A DNA stretch of 63,126 nt, counting the filler, from Atractiella rhizophila (taxonomy: Eukaryota), in NCBI GenBank assembly GCA_021432655.1. It is 3 parts of 2 records of this genome, joined end to end, with 100 filler letters (N's around TTAATTAATTAA, not from the genome) between each part and the next. Parts side by side here need not be neighbours in the genome. Positions count along the whole stretch, not along the records: positions 40,175 to 63,126 come from MU271234.1; 2 more parts are not named here. One strand, 5' to 3'. Shown here piece by piece: positions 48,823-61,169 of the stretch; the first letter of the stretch is position 1; each line of letters opens with the position of its first letter. Made by a program: the position numbers and the translations under genes. The notes under the pieces were generated by a model, which was not told where the DNA came from, made no database searches, and saw only the letters and a program-made list of their open reading frames with translations.

Positions 48823-51800
48823 ATGACAGACGCTCCACTCTCCTACTATCGCACCTCTCTCCCTCCTTCTGGCGTCTCATGCGCCGTCTTCCTCCAGCTG
48901 TTTCCCTCCAACGCTGCAACAGTGAACGCGAAATCAAGGCTTGGACATCTTGTAACCGCGAGAGGAAACTGTTTGAAGGTATTTGAGGTGGTGGAGGAGG
49001 AAGTTGAGGATGACCATGATGTGGAAAGTAGTCGGATGAGAGACGGAATGGACAGAAAGGAAGGCATGGGAGACAGTCAGGCCGTGGCACAGGAAAGGGA
49101 TGAAGATGGGATGCAGGTTTGTGTTCCTTCAATACTTCATGTTATTGTGGCATGCTCTCGTCTGTGGTTACATCGCGACTCTGCTTCATAGATTGTGGCA
49201 GGCAACACTGTTTGGAGGCAGTCATCGCTATTTCGCAGAGCTCTCATTGTCGTGGGATGAATGGAATCCCAAATTTCGCCGCTTCTTCTCTTTAAACACA
49301 ACTCACGGGAGCTTGTATTTCTTACCTTCAGTTTTGCTCGTTCTAAGTTGTACCATTCCACGACAAAGGTGTGCATGTTCCTTTATAAAGCCACGAAACT
49401 GTTTTTGAGCTGGTGCTCCCATTGGTACTCCCTATCAACAGCTCAGACAAACCAAAGAACCAATTCAAAAGGCTGCATTCCCTTGTTGTGCTGACAATCC
49501 TGGTTTGGGATATCCTCCCACCGTATTACAGCACCCAGCCAGCTCAATTTGCTGCCGAGTGAGCTATGTTAGGTGGTCGTTTCTTCGGGATGTGTTACTG
49601 CTCGCGTTTGAAAATTTCAGTCTTTGTCTCACGCGAGACATCGTGTCACCTATGCAGTACCCACTGTATGCCAGAGCTACGGGATTTCCTTTGATTTGTG
49701 TCGTGCTTGTGTGTGCCATGTTTTGCCCTTTCCCAGAGGATAGTCCTGCTTTTAGAGGCTGGTTCAGCTTCTTATGGCTGATTCAATATCTAAATCATAT
49801 CAGAGGCGCGATGGTGTGCCAGCACCAAAAAGTCACATTCCATAAGATGGGACTGTCCTTTTTTAAACTCCCTCCACCCGGTGTATGTAGTTCGTTCTCA
49901 TGCAATGAAATACATTTCTCCAAGACTACCTTCTGAGCTGTACTTTCTCAGGATCTCGTTCTGTCCCATCAAACCGAACCCTATCCACCGAGAAGAATAG
50001 CCAAACTATACCACCTGCTCACACACCGCACACTCCACGGTGTCGTCACATCACTCCAACGCATACACACCCTATCATCCTCAACAACGGAAGGCGACAA
50101 GCTCCTCGTTGCCTTTGCGGGTTCGAAGATGGCTCTTCTTGAATGGGCACCGGAAGCTCATGACCTCCTTCCCCTCTCGCTACACACTTACGAACGGTAC
50201 TTGACCACTGTTCAAGACGAGAGGACGACACAGCATCCTGGCCTGCTTCAGGTTGATTCACAGCATCGTTGCGCTGCGCTCCTGCTCCCTGGAGACAAGT
50301 TCGCAGTGCTGCCTTTCTTTATGGAGGAAGTGGACCTTGAACTGGTAGAATCGGCAAATGCAAGGTTCGTACTGCGACTCATATTACCACACAGATGTTA
50401 TGCTAATTAGAGCAAAGCTTGCCTTATGCGTCGTCATTTGTACTTGAGATGGAGGTCGTTCACCCCCAGATTCGAAACATCAAACATTTTGTCTTTCTCG
50501 AAGGATTCGTGGAGCCAACCGTCGCCATCCTCTACGAGCCAGTGCAGACTTGGGCCGGGTATGTCGCTTTCGTTTCCCCTTGTTAGTCTCTTTTAATGTA
50601 AGCGTTAGGCGACTGGAGAATCTCGAGCAATCTTACGCGCTTTCTTTCCTCACCCTTTCCTCCATCACCCTCCCTCAACAGTCACACCATTACCCCCTTC
50701 TCTCCACCATTCCTTCCTTGCCTTATGCTTCCTGCTTCCTTCATCCGTGTCCAGCGTCAATTGGTGGTGTCCTTCTCGTCAGTAGCGAAGGGATCATGTG
50801 GATCGACCAGTCTGGTCGTCTCATCAGCAACGGTGGAGGAACAACCGGCTGGTTCGCTGAAGCCACGATATCGGGAAAGCGTGGAGGTGTAGGATTGGAG
50901 AATGCTTCTGTTTGTTGGATGGAAGAGCGGGCTGCTATCTTCATGCAAGGTACAGAGGTTGGAATGCTGGAGTTCATGCGGGAGGGTAGGGCCGTTGTCG
51001 GCTTGGAAGTCCGACGAGTTGGCGTATGCGTGGCTGCTAGCTGTGCGGTTAGCGTTGGAGATAATTATACCTTTGTTGGGAGTATGAATGACGACTCCGT
51101 CCTTCTACGATGGGGAGTCGAGAACGTGAAGCATGAAGAGGATACGACTAAACAACAGGAGGCGCAGGAGGTGAATGACGACGACGATATGGACATTGAT
51201 CTAGACAGTGATGAGGAGGAGATGAAAGGTGCACACTGCAATCCAGCTCTAGGCAACAGCGCTGATGTTTGACGCAGACATTTATGGTAATCCAACGAAC
51301 GAGAAAAGCAGCTTCCCTCAGCTCGGCATTCACCGTGCGAACGGTTCTGTCGATCCCAAACGGGTAGAAGATATCAAAATGAGCATCTGCGACATATTGG
51401 AGGGATACGGATCGATTCGGAGCATGGCGGTAGGCAACACTCAAGACGAGGTATGTTTTCCACCGGTTTTATCGCCTACAGTTATATTCCATCTATATGC
51501 TGCTGATTCAGCCACACACAGCTACCCCCAGAACTTGTAGCCTGCACCGGAGGCGATTATGGAGGCGCTATAACTGTGTTTCATGTGAGTTTCCTAACAT
51601 TTGTGTCCCTCAGTTATGAATCATGTCGGACAGCGTCATGTTCCACCACGCAAAAAAAGGCGGTTGGACCTCAATCAATCTGCTGGAAGGGTCAACGGAC
51701 TTTGGTCTCTACGTATTCGAATGGAAAACGACCAAGCTCTTCCCACGTCATCAGTTTCGGGTGCACACAACCTCCTTTTCGCCTCAACCTACGATTCCAC

Positions 51801-54800
51801 AAATGCATATTCAATGGCCAACGAGGATTTGGAACCTATCCCTGAGCTTTCTATGGACGTGACCACTGTTGCAGTTGGCTCCCTCTTTAACGACTCCTGC
51901 GCTGCTCAGGTGTTGCCAAACCAGATCAGGCTTCTGAACGGAGGTATGCACACTTGCCCACGACTGTGTGAACATACTAACGTCACATCAGATATGTCGC
52001 TGCGACAGGTCGTTGAGACGGAAGGAGCACCGAATCTTCGAGCAACCTTTGCAGATCCTTATGTGCTGATCATAAAGGAAGATGGGTCGTCACAACTGTT
52101 TGTTGGCGACATGGCTTCCCGCACGTTAGGAAATTTTGATACCACTATGCTGCCTCATGTGCGTGTCTGTTTCTGTTGTGAAAATACCGACAGAAATAGT
52201 CACAGGGTGCAAAATCGATATTTTGCGATATCACCAGGTTCGCGCAAGTAATCACTCGCGTTCCTATCAATACTACAGAGGTACCACAAGGTTCGAATCA
52301 ACGCTTCACAGCTGGCCATAAGAACGATATGGAGGATATCGTTGACTTCGAGCACGACGTCGATGAAACCCTAGGCATCGCGGTTGGGACAGTAGAGGCT
52401 CCTGTGAACGAGCAAAATGTCAGCGAGAGAGGAACCCAATCCGGGCAAAAGAGTGCCTTACACTGGTTAATTAATTGCGCGCCAGATCGCTCGCTGCAGG
52501 CATGGATTTATCGTCCCACCCTTCCCGACTCTGACAAGTCGTACAGATATGGAAACTTCCAGAACTGGCCCACGTTTTTGAGGCAAAAAATGCAGCATTA
52601 CTTCCTCAACTGCTAGACGAGGACCTATTCAGTATCCCGCATACTCAACTAGGCGAAACGGAAGTCCAGATACAGGAGGTGCATGTCTTCAACGTTGGCC
52701 AAAAGCGCCGAAAACCACATCTCGTTGTATGTCTCAGATTCTTTCCAACGCTCCCACCCCTGACGCAGCGTTAAGCTCTGGCTTTCCTCTGGCGCCATTG
52801 CAGTCTACGAGGCTGTGACGCGTGAAGATCCCATAAATGCCATTAAGCCAGGTCTATCGCTCAACCTTCGTTTCGTCAAGGTCGCAGTGTCGGCACTCAC
52901 TCCTCCAACAAATACAAAACTCAAGGCTCCAGAAGAGGCAGGAGAGACGATTGGCGAAGCAGTTGTGGAGCTCGTATCCTTTGAAAATGTTGGAGGATAC
53001 AGCGGGGCACTCATCACCGGCCAAAACCCTGTGTGGATCCTCAGCAGTGATCACGGACATGCTAGGTTCTTTCAGTCCAATTGCCGTTCAATACTCGCCT
53101 TTTCGCCGTGCTCTCAAGACAACGTCCCGTCAAGTTACCTTCTACAGGGGATGGAGGTACGTGTCATTGTTTTTCTCCTCTCTTCTTACCCACAAAGTAC
53201 AGGAGTGTTGCCTCTACGAAATTCCACCAAATGTGACCCTTCTCTCAGACCTTCCATATTCTAAAATCCGACAAGGCACAAATTACTCTCACATCGCATA
53301 TGATCCTCCAAGTAGAACCTTTGTTGCAGCTATCAATTATAAAGTACCCTACTGGCAGTATAACGATGAAGGAGATAGAGTTAACAAGGAATCTGGCACG
53401 CGTTTCCCCAATGATGGTTTATACGACTAATAGCATCCTTGTGGATAGATATTAGCGATCCTTACACCTATCGCTCTACGCTGGAGCTATTCATTAACGG
53501 AACCTGGGGAACCTTAGACGGGTAAGCACAAGAACCATTACAATTTTCTTCTGACATGTGGCAGATATGAGTTCGCGCAAAACGAATCCGTTGTTTGCCT
53601 TCAAAGTGTCAATCTGTCATCGAAGAGTACGGTGTCAGGAAGACGCGACTTCATCGCTGCGGGAACGATGTTCAACAGAGGAGAAGATCATTCGGCTAAA
53701 GGAACGGTGGGTCTTCCACCTTCCGTTAATGTACTTCTTCATGCTCGCACAGATATATGTCTTCGAAGTTGTGGAAATCATTCCGAATCCTAAAAGCCCC
53801 CATGACCGCTTTCGACTCAGATTGCGCTCTCAAGAAGAGACCAAGTTGCCGATCAATATCGTGGGAGAGATCAACGGATATCTAATTCACACATTGGGCC
53901 TTAAGGTAGGCCTTCCTTTGGTTGAGTATTTCATCTGATTCTAATGATGGTGTAGCTGTACGCAAAAGCATGGGAAGAGGACGAACGTTTGCTGGCGGTT
54001 GGATTTCTAGACGTGTCGACCTATTCGACCTGTGTCCGAGTATTGAAGAACTTAATACTTCTTGGAGATGCTGTCCGGAGCATGAGCTTGATAGCGTTTC
54101 AAGTCAGCGTGCCTGTTCCTGAACATCGCTTAGCATTGACAATGCATTGCAGGAAGAGCCGTACAAGATAGTCTTGTTAGGAAAAGACTTTCGCACATCA
54201 AGAGCCTGCACCGTCGACTTCCTAGTTTTCGAAAATCGGGTTGCTTTTGTCTCTACTGATGCTAAAGGTGCCCTTCGCGTTTTCTCTTTCGATCCAGCCA
54301 GTACGTCTCTCCACGCTAACTGCTCTATCAGTACTGATTTAACTGGATCTAGACCCTGAGTCTCACTCTGGGAGTCGGTTGCTGCCATCCACTGAATTCC
54401 AGACTGTCGGCGAGGCGACGACGTCTCTGATGTTTGGGAAGAAAGGACCGAACGACGATGTCCCGAAGCAGGGTGGGATTCTTTTCGGTAAGGCTCCTGT
54501 CATGCAATCTACACAGCTTCCTGAAAAAGCAATAGCTACCGTCGATGGTTCCCTTGCTTCGCTGGTGCCCGTCAAGGAAGTGGTGTATAAACGTCTGCAT
54601 GCGATCCAGAACCAACTGGTGCGGCACGCACAACACTTCTCTGGTCTCAATCCGCGCAACTTCAGGTCAGTATTCTTCTGTCATCCCGTTTATTGGCGAA
54701 GAATGCTGATCTTATGGCTAATGTCAGGGCTGTGAAGAATGAATCAATATCGCGTGCTCTTTCAAAAGGCATACTGGATGGAGATCTTCTCTCCTTATTT

Positions 54801-54902
54801 GAACGCTTGCCTTATGGGCGTCAAGTCGACCTTACGAGTCAGATTGGGAGTGATCCAGAAACCATCTTAATCAACATTCGAAATCTGGCTGGCCCTTGGT
54901 GA
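48823..54902 (+). CDS. CFT1: Cleavage and polyadenylation specificity factor 160 kDa subunit, many introns
   Basis: PPSGV...HLVTARGNCLKVFEV, LHGVVTSL, KMALLEW, SLHTYE, FLEGFVEPTVAILYE, QHFSGLNPRNFR and KGILDGDLL. Confidence 0.95.
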
Positions 54903-55066
54903 TGTTACTATTGTGCTGCAGGGTATTTCATAGCCAGATGTGTCGGGGGTACAATAAACACACATATATCCTTGTTGCTAATATAATGTGCTTACCGGCA
55001 TCCATCCATCTTCTACCCCGTCATCCTTTTGTTCACTTCCTGTTATTGACATTCACCAACCCTAAG

Positions 55067-55072
55067 ACGCGT
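55067..55072 (+). promoter_or_regulatory. MCB (MluI cell-cycle box) upstream of thymidylate synthase
   Basis: ACGCGT(GAAAA) about 50 nt before the ATG. Thymidylate synthase is the classic MBF target in yeasts. Confidence 0.55.
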
Positions 55073-55120
55073 GAAAAACTACGAAACCTCACTAACCTCA
55101 CTAACTATCCAAGGCTAAAC

Positions 55121-56235
55121 ATGGCACTATTCGAGGAAAATCAGTATCTCGACCTCGTTCAACGCGTGTTAGAGCAAGGACAAGTACGGGACGATCGAAC
55201 GGGGACAGGCACATTGTCGCTCTTCGCACCTCCTCAGCTTCGGTTCACCCTTTCAGAAGATCATCCTTCCAATCCTATCACGAACGGAGACGCGCTTCTT
55301 TCCTCAAGCAACGGCGATTCCAACGATACTGGAAATGGGGGAAGCTCGCCGAGCGGCTACAAGCTCCTCCTCCCACTCCTCACCACGAAACGCGTCTACC
55401 TGCACGGTGTGGCCGCAGAGCTCCTCTGGTTTTTACGAGGAGAGACGTCCTCTCTTTCTCTGGCATCGCAGAGCGTGAAAATTTGGGATGGGAACGGATC
55501 TCGCGCGTTTTTGGACTCGCGCGGATTGAAGGAGAACCGGGATGGTGATTTGGGACCTGTTTATGGGTTTCAGTGGAGGCATTTTGGGGCTGAATATGAG
55601 GGTCCAGTGGATCAGGTGGAGGGAGGTGGGAAGAGCTATCAGGGTAAAAATGCGGGATACGATCAGATCAGGGAGTGTGTGAGGTTGATCAAAGAAGACC
55701 CTTGGAGTCGAAGGATCATTCTTTCCGCTTGGAATCCCGCTGGTAAGTCTTTCCTCTTCTTCATTTTCGGGAATGGGAGTGTTCAGTATTGCATCGGTGA
55801 TGAATAGACTTGCATAAAATGGCCCTACCGCCATGCCATATGTTCTCCCAATTTTACGTCTCTCCTCCCTCTCCCTCTTCACCTCCCAACTCCCCACGTT
55901 TGCTCTCTCTCCTCCTCTACATGCGCTCCTCCGACCTGGGCCTCGGCCTTCCTTTCAATATCAGCTCCTACGCTTTACTGCTGCATATCATCGCACATCA
56001 CTGCTCCTTGCGTCCGCACGAGCTCGTCGTCCAACTCGGAGACGCTCATATTTACAAGAACCACATCGAACCGTTGAAGGAGCAGACAACAAGAAAAGTG
56101 AAAGAGGGCTGGCCAGAATTTCGCTGGAACGTTCAACGGGACGACAGGGAGAATGTTTGGGATTATAAGGAGGAGGATTGGGACGTGATTGGTTATAAAC
56201 CGATGAAGGCGGTAAAGATGGAGATGAGTGTTTAA
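55121..56235 (+). CDS. CDC21: Thymidylate synthase (ThyA type)
   Basis: DRTGTGT, PLLTTKRV, LGPVYGFQWRHFGA, SRRIILSAWNP, MALPPCH, PFNISSY and GDAHIY. One intron at 55743-55808. Confidence 0.98.
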
Positions 56236-56393
56236 TTGCTTAGAGCATTTCACAGCTGGATAATTGTTTCGAGTTTCTTGTCCGTTATGCGCTTGAAAAA
56301 TAGAGAATGTTGTGGTCTTACAAGCAGAGTATATAGCATAGATGCGATCCATTGACAATGCGCTGTAACGCCAAGAAATGAGAATGAGCAGTG

Positions 56394-58641
56394 TCATCCG
56401 TTTCTACTGAACATCTGCGCATCTCTCCAATCCTGCTCCTCGTTGAGCCTTTTCCGTCCTTCCCACCGCTTCCCTCCATTCTTCTTATCCTCCCACACCT
56501 TCAACGCGTCCCAATCGATCCGTTTGTCCTTTAAAGACTCCTCCGGTTGGAGGAAGTGTTCATCCGCGATCTCTGGAGGGAGGAAGGGTTGGTACGTTGG
56601 GTGAGCATAACTTGGTTCATATCTGCAGCGAAATCCTTTAGCTAACTAAGGGTGAAAGAAGGGAACGAGGGACGAACTGATACTCTTTTCCGTACCCCAG
56701 TTCTTTCATCATTTTTGTTGGCGCATTCCGAATGTGAAAGGGGACGGGATAAGCGGGATGCTTTCAGCACCACCACAGTCATGGAGAAGTCAACATTGTC
56801 TTCATTCCAGAGAAATAGGCAGATGGAGAAGGAAAAGACATACTTCGTCAACTAACGCTTTAGCTTTGTTGTATGCATTGTAGACACGCACTGATTTCGG
56901 ACTCTCGGCTAGCATGACGACTGCTTGGGCAAGAATACACTAAACTCAACCAATCAGATGAAGATTTGAACCGTCATATGGTCAGGAACTCACATCGCAC
57001 TCTGGCATTCCAATTACCTGAGTAGCTTGGTATGCGGCCATTGCCTGCACGCATCACATCAGAAATGTGATCTACTGTCATAGGTAAAAGAGGACGTGAC
57101 ACACTTGAGGAAGAGCTTGTGGGTTCGCAAGACCTATGTCTTCTGAAGCCATCCGAACTATCCGACGAGCAACGTAGCTGTCACGGCACTTAATAACCTG
57201 CCAAATCATGGAGAAGGAGCCCACAGAGGATCCTCTCCACTCTGTCTATCTCCCTGTCAGAAGCATGGACGGGCGAAGGAGCGGAGGAACATACAGCATC
57301 CGTGCCAGCCAATATAGAGCAGCATCCGCGTCCCCCCCTCTGACAGATTTGTGAAGAGCTGCTCTTTCTCCTCAGTTCTAGTGTTCTAGAGGGAAGGAGA
57401 TCGAAACAGCACCTGAAATACAATCATAGTGGAAGTCTCCTGAGCGATCGTAAGCCATGTGTGCTCTCCGCAGACTCTTCATCAGCACTTCCCGCGTCAT
57501 CTTCCCTCCATCATCTTCCTCCTCTCCATCTACTTTTCCTTTTGCCAAAGCGGACAAAGCCATCTCCAAGGAGCTTAGGGCGACGCGAGCATCACCATCG
57601 GCTGCACCAGCTAATTCTTTCAATATTTCATCGTCCATGGTCTGGGTCGCTTTCTTCACGTCGTCTGATGTGCTCGCGTCCTCTTGAACCTTTTTCACGG
57701 CACGCTGGAGGATCTGCAAGCAATACTCTGGTGTATGCTTTTCTAAGACAAAGACTCGGCAACGAGAGAGAAGGGCGCCTTGAAGCCGGAAAGAGGGATT
57801 CTCGGTTGTCGCGAAGATGCAATTTATGCTCCCGTCCTCAATATAGGGAAGAAAAACATCCTGTTGACCTCTGTTAAACCTTTGTACCTCATCAACGAAG
57901 AGAATTGTCCGCCGCTTAGTTAACAGCAAGGTGTTCCGTGCCTCCTCAAAGATTTTCTTCAGCTCGCCCACTCCAGAAGATGTGGCTGAAACCTCTTTAA
58001 AGAGAGAACGAGTTGAATGCGAGATCACGCGTCCGAGAGTTGTCTTTCCAGAACCAGGAGGCCCCCATAAGATGATGGACGAAAGCTTGTCATTAACGAT
58101 TAACGAACGCAAGAGCGCGCTGGCACCGAGGAGCGACGGTTGGCCAATCACCTCATCTAGCGTTGTCGGACGCACAAGGTCTGCGAGTGGTTTGACTGCC
58201 TGCAGGATAGAAGAAGGTTTTGATTTCTTCATTGGCGGTTCCTTGCCCCCTAAGATGGAAGTCGGAGAAGTGTCAATGTCGTAGCTTGCATCCTCGTCCA
58301 GGATGATGGTGTCACTCGCTTTGCGTTTTCCTTTGCTCGAAGAAGAAAAGAAGAGTTGTGCAGACTTGGCGGATTGTATTGGCTGACGAGCAGAACTGCT
58401 GCCTATGGAAGATTGGGAGAGCGTACAGTTGGAGTCGAGGTGAGAATTGATGCGAAAGTCGGGCACTTCTGCGTTGCAGACGGGACTGCGACCAAATGAA
58501 TAACGTAGATGTCAGAGGTACCGCTGGAAAGAGTTCGAAGAACGTGCCATGTCACTGTGGAGCAATTATTCTTAAATCGCAATATGTGACAGTCAGAGAC
58601 TCACCCATTCCCAAAGTCTTCCCACTTGGTGTAGAGGCCAT
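56394..58641 (-). CDS. MGS1: DNA-dependent AAA+ ATPase Mgs1/WRNIP1
   Basis: UBZ finger CPVC...[51 protein letters not shown] and [16 protein letters not shown]. Confidence 0.96.
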
Positions 58642-58666
58642 TTCCTGCAAAGTGCACTTGTCAGAC

Positions 58667-58672
58667 ACGCGT
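58667..58672 (-). promoter_or_regulatory. MCB element upstream of MGS1
   Basis: ACGCGT about 25 nt upstream of the ATG at 58641. Confidence 0.4.
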
Positions 58673-59203
58673 CTGTATAATTTCAATCAGAGAAGCGTAG
58701 GAATTTTGGCAGATAATTTAGGATATGTGTAGTGGCTATAACACTAATTGCCAACTTCAGCTGCTGGAAACAATACATGTAAACAGAAACAAAGCTTGAT
58801 TTCAAATTCGAACAAGCACTCTAATTGTCCGATGCTTGTTTTGTAATGCAATGATGACAAAGGTCGCCAGAGTCCATTATTTTTATTTTCCACTGATTTA
58901 TTATTGGATGCATCATCGATTACTGCGAAAGCACTAGGCCTACCTCGCCAGGTGTTGCATTTGAAATTGATTGTAGCAGGATTGGAGCAAGGACCTGGTT
59001 TCAGTCTGTACACTGATATTCCAAGATACCGTATATTTTGCGGAGCACAACGTAACTTATAAGCAATACATGCATGCAAATTGTTGTAAAGGTCTCAGTC
59101 TTAGCGCAGCATCATCGCGTTGTAATACCTGCAACCTGACATCGAATTAAACAAGGAAATGCAGTTTTGAGAAGCAACGTACGAGTCATGGATCGTTGAA
59201 TTC

Positions 59204-61169
59204 TCATGCCTTCTTATACTTGACGACGAAAAGGCCTCTATCCATCGAATTGACGATGACGAAGCCACTCTCAAAATAAGGATAGACGCTCCAGCTCCCT
59301 CCGAACTTCGCTTCACCACCAATGTCATCGTCTTCAGGGTACACTTGAAAATCCGAGACCAGTCAGCTCGGGAATCGCGCTTCCAGAAGAAAGGGGGGCA
59401 TGAACCCTTACCGTCAAAGAAGCCAACTTCGGTAAAATCTGTGCCAGTTGGATTGTCGTACACGCTGCTCACGTCTACAACTCGAAGGCCTGATCGGTAG
59501 TTGGATTCATATGCCCATCCATCCTTTGTACCTGTCAGCCTGAGGAATGTTTGAAGGCGGAAGAAGGGTTACCTTGACGTAAAGGTTGTGGTCGATGGCT
59601 TTGACCGGGCTTTGGTATTTACCAGTGAGTATGGGGTGCTCGAGATCTGCCATGCCGTCAGATCAAGGAAGACGGAGAAAGGGCTGCGTACCTTGAATGT
59701 CCCAGATGTAAGTAGTGGTGTGTTGGTTCACAGCCCATCCTTCGCAAACAGACGTTTAGCTCAGAAAGAAAAGGAGAAGAGGAAGATACCTCGCTCCCAC
59801 ATTTCGTCCAGCTCGTCATCGAGGAGCACTGAGCCCGTCGTCAGCCCTAGTCAGAAGCAGTAGGTGAACATACGATATCTCTGATCCTTCTCATCGATGA
59901 CCCAGCCTTGATGACTGTAGGTAACACCGAAATAATAGGTCACGCTGATGATGGTAGAATGTTCGGGTTCGGTGATGTCGTATATAGTCAGGGTATTCTC
60001 ATTGTAACCGTAACAAATATCTTTCCCTTCGTATCTCTTATCGGGACCGTGATATGTCAAACCTGGGCCATCTGGTTAGCAAGAGCGGGAGAATAAACAT
60101 GGCTAAGACATACACTGGGCATCGTGCACGTATCCATCCTCTCCCGCGCAGCCTTTAGAGACGGGATTAGCAGGATCGGTAACGTCGACAAAGATGAGAC
60201 CGGCTCCACAGTGACTGTCCATCACGACGATAGGATGCATTAGAGAAAGCTGTCCTTTATTTGGAGGGAAGAAGGGCGTAGGAGGGAAAGAGTTACTCAG
60301 TGCGAGGAAGACTGCCGACGGCAACGATGAGGTTCTTCTCCTCATGTGCGACGATGTTATGAGAAGAGCCGGCAGGCAGGCCATCGAAATGGGAGGTCAG
60401 ATCAGATGTGATGCTGAAATTCTTCGGCTCCTCTTGCAGGGATTTATCAAGCAACTGTGCATCCAAACCCGCGGCGCATTAGATGTGTACTGAGCATGAC
60501 CTGGAGTCAAACACACCTTCTTCAAGTCAAAAACCTGTATTCCGTGGTCTGGAGCCTCTGAACCGATGTACGCAAAGTCGCCAATGACCTTAATGTCCCT
60601 CCACAGGCTGTCCTCAGACTGAGTTGGCAGTCTTCCCAGGTACACGACTGTTCCATTATCATTCAACTCAGCGAACGCGGTGCCATCCATCTGTCCCACT
60701 AGAGCGAAATCCCGTCCATCGCGACTCCATCCCCAGATATCTATTCTTCCGTCCGTCAGCCTCCAAACAAATCTATGGAGAAAGAGGACGGTGCACCATT
60801 CCCGATCCCTACGTTCGAGCCTAACTTCCTATGCGGCGTGATGGAGTACAAATCGAAGTCCTTGCACATGAAGGTGTTGTGGACGCCAGCATTGGCGTAT
60901 CCGTTCTCACATGAAACATGTTCAGCAACGACGATGTCGACAGGGTTCGGGACCAAAGAGGGATCAGGTTCGTCCAAGGCCTTCCTCATCTCTTCAACCG
61001 CCTCCGTCATCGCGCTCATGAGGGCGTGATGTACATGTCCAGATTGATAAGCCTCCCAAGCGGACGATACAACCCCATCATCGTGTTGGAATACGATCTC
61101 GAGGCCACGATCCACTAGACGTCCGCCTTGGACTGTAGCAAGAAGGGAGAGAAGGAACAAGTTGAGCAT
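59204..61169 (-). CDS. Secreted choice-of-anchor-B / LVIVD-repeat-like beta-propeller protein (fungal regulatory P domain family)
   Basis: Signal peptide, CENGYA, DIWGW, GRLPTQ..SLWRDIKV, GSEAPDHGIQVFDL, DGYVHDAQC, YSHQGW, DDELDE and GSWSVYPYFESG. Confidence 0.85.

Noticed and set aside
44113..49487. Shared 13-mer GCATTCCCTTGTT at 44113 and 49475
   Set aside because: Tens of 13-mer matches are expected by chance in 63 kb, and the similarity does not extend convincingly.
49921..49962. U3 snoRNA-like AAGACTA...TACTTT...GGATC
   Set aside because: It overlaps the CFT1 acceptor and coding exon, the spacing is wrong, and there are no downstream B/C/D boxes.
52289..52300. GGTTCGAATC tRNA T-loop/B-box-like motif (similar one near 61383)
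   Set aside because: No cloverleaf, and the first lies in a CFT1 exon. No tRNA, rRNA or CRISPR array was found in the window.
55055..55106. CAACCCTAA and CTCACTAAC x2 as a telomerase template or telomeric repeat
   Set aside because: A single imperfect unit in a 220-nt intergenic promoter, with no room for a telomerase RNA.
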